From: Amoebophrya sp. A120
Taxonomy: Eukaryota > Protista > Dinoflagellata
NCBI GenBank assembly: GCA_905178155.1
Contig: CAJINV010000004.1
Coordinates: 5,744,828-5,808,827 of the forward strand
Direction: 5' to 3'
Length of the DNA stretch: 64,000 nucleotides
In this document: positions 37,901-45,300 of the stretch, piece after piece
How positions within the stretch are numbered: position 1 is the stretch's first letter
How the letters are laid out: every line of letters starts with the position of its first letter
The notes under the pieces: model-generated
What the model was told of the DNA's origin: nothing
Databases searched by the model: none
The model's input: the letters and a program-made list of their open reading frames with translations, nothing else
Translations under genes and position numbers: made by a program

Positions 37901-40754
37901 TTTGCACTGCGCCGACCGCGCCCGGTCGTGGCTAGAGCTTTTTCTGTTAAAATTATGTATAAAAAGAAACTCGTCGTCGGCTACAACGAAAATAGGTGCT
38001 ATGTCTATTTCTCTATCGTTGCCGCGGTCGGTATGCTACTGCCCCTCAGCATGAGTACGCAGCAGCACACCTTTTCAGCTCGCACGGTGATGATAGTCCT
38101 GCTTTTCTTTATGTGTAGTAGCTTCGGATTTACCTTGTAAAATCGAACTTTTTCTTCCTTCTTCTCTTTTTTATCTAATATCTTTGTTGCTTCCGACGTA
38201 GCTTATAGCTTGCTTTCGCATGCTGCTATCCCGTTGGTGCAATTTCAAATCATACACTTTGCGATAAATATTGCCTTCGATATTAACCCGGAGAGTCCAT
38301 TTCTCGCTCATCGATGTAGCGCGACCACTCTTCTTCTCGATCTTCTTCTTTCGTGGTTCCAACCGTATCAGGTCGGTGCAGATTAGCCTCTTCATAGTTG
38401 GTTCTATGCGTTCTGCTGTCTTAATGGGTTGACAGTAGGTCGATCAATATCGTGACTTGCAGGAGAGGACTGTCGAACGACCTCTCTATTTCTCTTTTCG
38501 AAAAGAAAAATACTTAGAGGGCCCCCGTCGCTGTTTCGTCTTTCCATCTATCCGTGTAGCTTGCTCAACCGCTTATGATGGTGTTGGCAGTGTGCCCCTC
38601 AACCGCTCGTAAAACAAAAAATAAAACAAATAGCACTTTCTTCTTTTTCTTCACAGATGTAAACCATTTTTATTTTCCAGACTGCACGGCTACTATCTTG
38701 TGTAGCGATAAAAGTTGAGTCGTGCGGCGAGAAAAATGCTGGATGTGCTCCGGGAAGAAGCCTCGCCATCTACAGCATAACTCATGCGCAGCTTCCTCTT
38801 CTTTTTCGTACGAGTAGTGTACTCCGTCTGTTCTATCTCTTTTTCGAATTTGATACACATCAAAACAAAACCTCCCGTCATCTCTGAAGAAACTAAAAGA
38901 GCCGCTGTCTTAGTCGTCGCGCTCGCGCCATCTACAGCACTTTTCTCCTCTGCTTTGCTACGCTGATAAGGCATTTGTCATGCGGAATAGGCATCAAGAA
39001 GCTCTCAAAAAATCTGTGATGCTAGGGCATGCATCACAGACATCAGGGATCATGCAAAACGTGCATGACAAGTGTCAGAATCTTCCAGACCCAGACATTT
39101 TTACATTTGATAGAATCCGCGGGCGCCCCGGTGCAGAGCTGCATGTCGCGGAGCCCCTGGATTTTCTTGTTGGGCGCCCCGAGGACCAGACGCTTCCAGT
39201 CGAATACCGTCTTGATGCGGGGCAGCTCCTTGTCTTCCGCCCCGGGGCTGGGTCCGGTCAGCACCGACTGCAAAAACCCGTCGGGCAGTTTCAGCTCGTA
39301 CTCCAAATCCGCCGCCCACGCGCAGGCGTCGGCCTGAACATCGTAGCCTTTGAATCCTTGTTCCGCGGAGTCTTTGGCCACGTAGGGGTAGTACCGGACG
39401 TAAAGCGTGTATCGCAAGAAAAAACTGATTCACCGTGCACATGTGAAGATGTTGCGGAGGATACAACAACAACGAAATAAAGTGCTTGTCTTCCTACGCA
39501 TGCAAGACCGCCAAAGATTGGTAGCTCTGTTAATATCCTTAGATAGCTCGCCTTCTTCAAGCAAAATTGTACTTGTGTCGCAACAATACCCTTGCAAATA
39601 AGTAAATCATCACAGTTGTGAACCACTTTTCCCCTACGATAGCATCAGCAAGCAGGCTTTTAGCAGCATCATGTACTTTTCGACCTCTTTATGAAAGTGC
39701 ACAACTCCCCCTCCCCCTCATTTGTAATGCAAAATACCTAATTTACGCATTGGCTCTAAGGACTGTTGGCATCACAAGTTCTGGCAGCCCAAATAACACC
39801 ACACTCCTGTCCAAATTTATCACGCAAAACCCGTATTGGGTATTCTTGCTGATGCTGACGCTTGTATTGCTGTTCATGCAATACAAACGAGGGGGAGGGG
39901 GAGTTGTGCACTGTCATACTCTTTGATGTTCAAGCCGCCCGACTGATCTTTGTCGCACAGTTGGATCAGGAAGGGTCCGAGCGTTTTCTTCTGGCCGCAG
40001 TAGAAGAGAAAGTCGTTCATTTCTTCCTCCTATCAGATGCAAATGTGTCTGGGTCTGGAAGAATGCAAGTTTGTCATGCTTGTCTCGCATGACTCTGGAA
40101 TCTGTCATGCATGAGCAGGAAAGCAGCCTCTTACCTGTCGTGCAAAGACGCAGTTTGTCAAGCAGGAAGCGAAACACGTAGGAGCTCAGAAACTTGTCAT
40201 GCGTGGCTGCGACGTAACGCAGTGCGCCCGCCATGCACGAACTAGCATCACAAGATTCCAGACCCAGACATATTTTCAGTTCATACCTCCCCCTTGATCT
40301 CGCTGCTCTTGTCCTTGTCCACCATCATGAAAGCCTCCTGCAACTCGCCCTGTTCCCAGGGCTCCAGGGCGACGCCCTTTCGGTCCAGGATCAGCTTCTT
40401 CAACACTTTTTCCGCGTCGGGTAGGTCCCGCTGCCCGCCGGATCTGTCACGCGCCCAAGTTTTCCACCCAGTCAGGTTCTGAGAGCTGGAGTTCAGCGAC
40501 TGCGGGTGGTCGAGCAAAGTCTGGAGCTGTTCGAGCTCCGCATCAGTTAATTTGCCGTCCAAGTTAGAATCGAACGTGTTGAACAGCGCGGCTAAGTACT
40601 CGTCGTTCTGCTCCGATTTGCCCTGTTCCGACACCTCCGGCAGTTTCTGCGGGGGCACAACGCGCTTGGAGGAAGAGGAACTGGCGAAACACAAGGAAAA
40701 ACACTTGCCGGCCGCGGCTTCGCCGGCGTTGTCCAAAATATCGCACGGGTTCAT
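22973..40754 (-). CDS. EF-hand + HExxH zinc-metallopeptidase-like fusion protein, highly fragmented gene spanning 17.8 kb
   Basis: Three EF-hand loops (DSNLDGKLTDAE, DKDKSSEIKGEE, DKDQSGGLNIKE), then FHELYHLID...DTEWRALHPPEFRY...YGMSNVREDKAC. Eleven introners and GT-AG intron 25382-25580 join in frame. One further intron between ~24070 and ~24420 is unresolved. Confidence 0.75.
23048..23327. mobile_element. Introner family E (280 bp)
   Basis: TATCCTG(T/A)GTAAAA ends. Direct repeat AAACG. Confidence 0.9.
23595..23760. mobile_element. Introner family A (166 bp)
   Basis: TATGCA.TGCAAAA.TATCGTACT ends. Repeat TGTCT/TGTCC (4/5). Confidence 0.88.
23797..24022. mobile_element. Introner family D (226 bp)
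   Basis: TIR TATGA(A/G)AGTGCACAACTCCCCCTCCCCCTCATTT. Direct repeat CTGGT. Confidence 0.92.
24452..24614. mobile_element. Introner family A (163 bp), opposite orientation to most copies
   Basis: The TATCCTG end is on the left. Direct repeat CCAAT. Confidence 0.88.
24827..24982. mobile_element. Introner family A (156 bp)
   Basis: TATGCA.TGCAAAAG ends. Direct repeat TTTCG. Confidence 0.9.
25047..25337. mobile_element. Introner, divergent family (291 bp)
   Basis: TATGG...TCTCAAAC...CTTACATT inverted ends. Repeat TCTTT/TCTTC. Removal gives KFE|EMFGIEL. Confidence 0.75.
25631..25940. mobile_element. Introner family C (310 bp)
   Basis: ~50-bp TIR TATGGAAGCGTCAG..TTGAAAT.G.CAAAGTTGAAATGATTTGT.ATGCA. 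Direct repeat GTCGT. Confidence 0.92.
26124..26193. repeat. 35-bp tandem duplication near the retroelement 3' end
   Basis: GTGGCG(C/T)TAGAACAGATTTAGCCTCTGCCAATACC x2. Confidence 0.9.
26939..33256 (-). CDS. Retroelement ORF2: apurinic endonuclease - reverse transcriptase - degenerate RNase H-like region (~1898 aa after removing the 621-nt insertion)
   Basis: APE motifs WNING, FYRRP, GGLN (expected GDxN), TIDF and SDH. RT motifs AAGMDG, LDASNYFNSI, LIQG, YVDD and LKILG. The two ORF halves (30602-33256 and 26939-30094) are in the same frame and join as KLRPC|FIKLII. Confidence 0.88.
30033..30647. mobile_element. 615-bp TIR element inserted in the RT coding sequence
   Basis: ~22-bp imperfect TIR TCGC..AGAGCC..CCCCGGCG. 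Direct repeat CACGGG at 30027-30032 and 30648-30653. Internal 12-bp repeat array. Confidence 0.85.
30365..30605. repeat. 12-bp-period minisatellite (TTAGACAA(A/G)AAA-like) inside the TIR element
   Basis: Tandem units such as AAATTAGACAAG, AACTTAGACAAA and AAATAGACAGGA. Confidence 0.85.
33651..34700 (-). CDS. Retroelement accessory ORF, 349 aa, basic/charged, probably coiled-coil
   Basis: Intact ORF upstream of ORF2 on the same strand. K/R/E-rich. No recognisable domain. Confidence 0.65.
   Translation of the reverse strand: MEIAPLRFRPPPKTNIEGEKKQKKEAQNEEKTNTTKDGRAEDWLEALINEKRKDALEIQRKSQEEDRQERGGMLIDELISQRGKETEVTARARPDTTIAEINKKRGKMSARILKNLAAVRRKRKTPMTKWLRRTPERDAEGKLLTIKQRQQMAKAMRLKAGAEKMRALFTAATKDEETNAEVEDERDKKRALGIVRLRRMSRIQWKIHIGDYMRRWREKEKKKKKKRKEEKKSQEIKDAKNTTSKNARKRLATALESDEEYARWQERARELIATKSYKGSAALVELSRTERMEHEKKRIQRAAEAQTKRMKETRKNESRAQRAERLGKKKEKRKEKREGSNSEAESAAE
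35295..36455 (-). CDS. Retroelement ORF1-like protein, 386 aa: small N-terminal fold plus Gly/Lys/aromatic-rich low-complexity tail
   Basis: IVRFWSSGTLMLQG resembles the TBP-like/RNase HIII-N-terminal hairpin motif. The rest is G/K/Y/W-rich and disordered. Confidence 0.65.
   Translation of the reverse strand: MGRGRKKKSTAGPCRDKENHAKFANIEAEQLMEFLGQLTDQDPDTIQMHSREGCDKTAAALWMEKRAIVRFWSSGTLMLQGDGALMADLFEEFRDTGEQIDEKQIGTGKVTEWKEDQYLRPSNEMKKAIEWEKEAGKGGMGYWGTSNQIQSGKKGKGYYWPEETGYGHYPGMGGEAYHYQNESEGHCEYKMGGEFCHGWEADKGGGYGKGLAKNKDGKGEAFYYQQEGGKGEDEKEEKNETGNGAHPATRVKEESQMDQEHDEETGADHTAGSEGLAGEGTGKNDQGYYGKEQMKKGNGWDAEWFHYPPPMFGPKSGPYGGKEGAEHWHTKGGKRSMPYGKAGGKGGWGWGKEKSWQITGKGTGDGGYGDQDHGSGMQWGMNGGEY
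39410..39641. mobile_element. Introner, family F-like, degenerate (232 bp)
   Basis: TATCG.A...AAAA.TG.TTCAC ends. Repeat GCGTG/GCATC (3/5). Removal gives LM|LYVRYYP. Confidence 0.7.
39690..39918. mobile_element. Introner family D (229 bp)
   Basis: TATGA.AGTGCACAACTCCCCCTCCCCCTC ends. Direct repeat CTCTT. Confidence 0.92.
40031..40285. mobile_element. Introner family B (255 bp)
   Basis: TGTCTGGGTCTGGAA TIR. Direct repeat CCTCC. Confidence 0.9.
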
Positions 40755-41214
40755 GGTATAAATAACTCAAGGTTGATGAGTTTATTATTCAGTGTGTTTT
40801 TTAACTAGGTAGGAAATTTATGTTCGGGTGATTATGCGTATGAATCCTCGACGTAAAAATTGCTTCTACAAATTAGAAAGTTACACGACGATTAATATTT
40901 GACAAAATTCTTATCTTCGTCGGTTGCGCTTGCGCATTCGCGTACGCGTTGCGTTGCTTGCGATGTATGACTGAAAGGTCATTGCAGCACTTAGTGCGGT
41001 TTTCTTTACATAGTGATGAACCAGAATAAATTTACAAACTTGAAACTGCCACAACGATTGCAGGTGGTTGTATAGCTTGTTATCCTGCACTGTGCGGTGG
41101 TACAGGCAAAAATACAACTCCGCATAGAAGATGAAAACCGATAGTACCAGCAAGGCCTCAAGAAGAGGTGCACGACCGTCAAGAACGGTTTCACTAGAGA
41201 TGTAGGCACTGCTT

Positions 41215-41314
41215 CACTATCACTATCACTATCACTATCACTATCACTATCACTATCACTATCACTATCACTATCACTATCACTATCACTATCACTATCA
41301 CTATCACTATCACT
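41215..41314. repeat. (CACTAT)16 microsatellite
   Basis: Perfect intergenic hexamer run. Confidence 0.95.
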
Positions 41315-42300
41315 TCTTCTGTGCGGGGCAAGAAATAAACCGATCCTCTATGTTAAAGTGCACCATCTTCATCTGTGTGGTCTGTTCCGAGCAGAACCGA
41401 TAGAACAAGCTGTAGTAGAGGACATGACGACCAGACCGAGAGGACAAAAGAAAACCGAGAAGTAACTTGGAAATCTTGATCTACAAGCGAACCTGTCGAC
41501 GTCCAAAGCGTGAAAATATAATCCCAGCCGGGTTCCAATATTTATCTTCATCTGGAAAAATGTTGCAGTATTACCGACAGCGATGAAAGATCTCTCACCT
41601 GTTGGCGGATGAACCGACTGTCGCTTTGCAACTAGCATTTCTAATATGACGCACCACTCAACATGTGTCGCAGAAGCCGTAGCAGAACCGAGACCGACGT
41701 GAATTTATAGAACAGGGGATACTCATACTTCTCACCTGGTCGTCCTTTTGTGTAACTGTCGAGCATCATCGTTGGTCTCTTGTTGTACAATAAAATGCCA
41801 TTTATTGTACCGATAGTGAAACCACCAATCGCGAAGCCCTGACTCAGTGCGCGTTTCTTTACACAGCGACAATCGAGATGAGTCTTCGCATACTCTGTGG
41901 CTCCAAGAAACAACACTCGTGCGTTTTTCTCTTCAGCAGCGCTATCATGACTTTTCGATTCACAGCACCGCTTTTTCAGTTCATTCATACTCAACAGCAC
42001 GTGGAGCAAAATTTCTAGAAATAAAGCCACTCTAATTAGATTCATTTTTACTTCCTGCGTTAAGCCACTGTAGTTGTGCGGTGGCCTTGTTGGTATACTT
42101 GTAGCGATCATGATTCGCACCAAACGCAGCCACTCTAGTACTGCTCCGCGTCCGCCGGCCATCAAAATATCAAAATCAGATCGCAAGTTGTGCTGTCTTG
42201 TTCTCGCGACCTGGCATGTGCGCAAAGAACAGGGAGAAGAACCACATGTGCTGGCGGGTTGCTGCTGCACCTGCAGTAGCAGAAGTTCTTCATCTTCCAG

Positions 42301-45300
42301 TTAAACGAAGATCGGTGTAGCTTCGTCGGGTGCCGGTTCTTCGAGTCCTTCTCTAATATTATTCCGCCCATCTTCTACAACATGCGCCCGAGTAGACAAA
42401 GCCTCCTGATCTAATATTTCTTCCAGCGGGTTTTCCAGCGTGACTGAATCCAGCAGGTCAAACGTCACATTCGCCGTCCCGATCTGCGCTAACGGCAAGC
42501 CCCAGAAATCCGCGCGGAGGGATTTGCGTCCCTTGACGAACAGGCGGAGGTAGCCGAACGTCAAAAAGCGCTTGGCCGACCAGTTTTGCACCACCTGATC
42601 CTTGTTCGTGTCCAGCCACGCCCCGGCGCTGCCAATCGTAATGTGGGTGGTAGCGAGAAACTTGTTCTTCTTCTCTTCCTGCTTGCCGATAACCTCGACC
42701 CTTGTGTGGTTGAACACCGGCCACGTGCGCTCGTACTCGTGGTAGTGACCGGCCAGGAAGAGGCTCACCCGGTACTTTTTCAGGAGCGGGTCCAGCGCGT
42801 CGGCGAGGTGCGAGCCCACAATGTAGTCCGGCATGAATTTGGAAGAGTCGTAGGCCGGTCGATGGGAGGTGATTATGATCCAGGGGAAGTTCTGCCTTAG
42901 TCTGCTCGTCGTGGTGGATGAGGCTCTTGTGCGACGATCTGCTTCTGATGTGACAACGCCAACAGTTTCCTCTTCATGATGTTGTTCCCCCACCCCACGG
43001 GCCTTCTTCAAATCCTGCTCCAGCCACTGGTACTGGACGGACCCGGGCGTGTAGTCGTGCTCTGAACTGATTTGGATAACGTGCACGTTGGTCATGTCGA
43101 AGCTGTACCAAAAAATGCCGTTTCCCGTCGGCGGCGGGTTCGGGAACCGGTGCACGACCGGAACGGCGCATTCGCCCTTGGAGTCGTTGTTATGGATTGC
43201 AAATATGTTTGGGTCTGGAAGTAGAGTGGAACTTGTAATGCTGTCTGCGGATTCTAAAAATATCTGTGTAGTTGCATGAGCAACAAGAGGACTCGGCTCT
43301 TGGCACGCGGAATGGGCGTTTTTCATGCGTAATTAGCATCAAGAGGCTCTCCAAAAATCTGTGTTGCTAGCACCAGCATCACAGACCTCACGGGTCATGC
43401 AAAATGTGCATGAATAGCCTCGACCCTTCCAGACCCAGACATTTTTGCAGTTGATAGTCGTGGTAGTCGCCCCAGTCCGGGTGGAACCCGAAATCCCGAT
43501 GCTTGTCCGTCCCACGACCGTCGCAGGGGAAATTGAAACTTTCCCCCTTGTTCGGGGTCACCAAACTGGGGTCCTTGCGTATCCCACGAAAAAAGTGCTT
43601 ACAGTTACACCTTTGTAGTCAATGTAGCAACACAAATTTCTCTGCATATGAGTGAAAACTTGTAACGCAGAAATCCTACGGGAAATCACCTATGAAACGA
43701 GGCTCCCATGCATACCCGGGATGACAGTGACAGAGCTCGTCTGTCTTGCTTGGCCTGCAACACAATGTGGAACTGTAACACATTTTTCTTGCGATATTGC
43801 GGCAGTCCGCCCCGGCGGAGAAGTAATCGTACTCGTGGTTTCCGTATGAACTGCAAAAGTATCGCACTCGTATAAATGCATTACAAATTTCCTCAGCATG
43901 AGAACTGCTGTTTTACCTTGAGGACAAGATTTGTAATGCATAAAAGCAATTAGTACGAGTACGATACTTTTGCACAGGATATCCCGATGGACACCATGTA
44001 CGGCATGCGCGCGGCAATGGTGGTCTGGATCTGCGTCTGCCACAGCTTATTCTCTGCAAAAATATCGCACTCGTAGCCGTACTAATTGCAGACACGCATG
44101 ACAAATCGCCTTCCTAAGCGGAAACAGCATTACAAATGCTCTCTGTCATGCTAAGCTAATTTTTTGTAATGCACTTCATACTACTAGCACGATACTTTTG
44201 CAATGCATACAGCTCCCAAATGTAGCCCACCGACCAGGCATAGGCCAGATCGCCGAAGTGCAGCGCGAGACGGGGTGGCGGTGGTTGTGGTCGTGCTGGT
44301 CCTCTCGCTGATGTGCTGGACGATTGTGTTGCTGCAACCACTGCCGTCTTTACAAGTTGTAGTTCCTCGCTAGTGACGACGCCTTGGTTGTTCTTGCTCC
44401 TCTGCAAGCGGTTCGCTCGGTGCTGGCGCTCTTCCTGGCGCAGCAGCAGCAAGGGTGAAACTGACGAAGTGTGCTGTTCTTTTTCTTTTAGGACCACATC
44501 GTATTGCGCCATCAAGTTTCTCAGGTTGATGTTGACCGCGTCCGCCCCGGGCGTGTGCGTGCCCCGTTCGTCGAAGCCCGCTGCCGCGTTGTCGTGATAC
44601 AAACTACCCCATTCCGCCCCGTGGTCTGCGTAGGCCAGGAAGTTCCACTCCGCATCCGGGTCTGGCTGCAGCGGCGTCGTATCAACTGTAAAAGTGTCTG
44701 GGTCTGTGTCTGAACGCCACTCAGACAGGCTCGATAGACGACATGATCATTGGTTGATCGTTGAGAACTCACGATGTGACTACGGTCGAAGTGTAGTACA
44801 CGAGTGAGAACTCGCGATGTGACTAGAACTCACGATGTGTAGTTCTTGCTCTTACCGTAGGTGTAGCACAAGTCGGCCTCTTCGCAGTAGTTGTAGTCGC
44901 TATTCGCATTAGAAGATGCAGAAGTAGAGCTGTTCTTATCGAGAGCATCCTTGATTTGGGATTGGACGTCCTCGATGGTGACAAAAACAGAGCCTGGCTT
45001 GCTTTCGTCCTTGTCTTTTCCAGATTCCGTTTTGTCCCAGTCAACAAGCTCTTTCTCGATTTCTTGCCAGGTCTTCGGTGGTTTTGTTCGTAACCTGCTG
45101 ACTACGGGATCGAAGCACCTCGGCATTCCACCGAGGAGCACTGCTCTCATGCGAGATTCCATAATCGGTCCTTCCGGGCAGGTTTCGGGTAACAAGCGAG
45201 CAAGACGGAACTTCTCTGCTACCCACGCCTCGAGACCCATTTTCTTCGGGTCCCAATTTTCCTGCGTGAGTCTTTGTTCCGTCGTGGTCTTGTCGTACTC

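Larger units (their letters stand above)
26091..38953 (-). mobile_element. 12.86-kb non-LTR (LINE-like) retrotransposon
   Basis: 11-bp TSD TTTGCTACGCT at 26080-26090 and 38954-38964. Encodes APE-RT and two upstream ORFs. Strongly purine-rich on the minus strand. No poly(A) tail. Confidence 0.88.
25977..39112. mobile_element. Giant family-B introner (13,136 bp; 262 bp when empty) containing a non-LTR retroelement
   Basis: Perfect TIR TATCAAATGTAAAAATGTCTGGGTCTGGAAGA at both ends. Direct repeat GAATC at 25972-25976 and 39113-39117. Removal joins ...GAPADS|GENEYNSDDD in frame. Confidence 0.93.

Noticed and set aside
37855-37903. Poly-T runs as the poly(A) tail of a separate nested retroelement
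   Set aside because: No matching TSD found. The flanks resemble the nearby 37763-37804 segment, suggesting a local duplication or low-quality consensus.
25977-39112. Autonomous introner encoding its own transposase
   Set aside because: The cargo is bounded by its own 11-bp TSD and encodes APE-RT, not a DDE or tyrosine recombinase, so it is a secondary insertion.
41215-41314. (CACTAT)n as telomeric repeat
   Set aside because: Internal, only 100 bp, and not a TTTAGGG/TTAGGG-type repeat. A simple microsatellite.
41641-42270. 209-aa ORF, and ORFs at 21152-21451, 12434-12954 and 10131-10481, as genes
   Set aside because: No recognisable motifs or introner-supported junctions. They cannot be supported from sequence alone.
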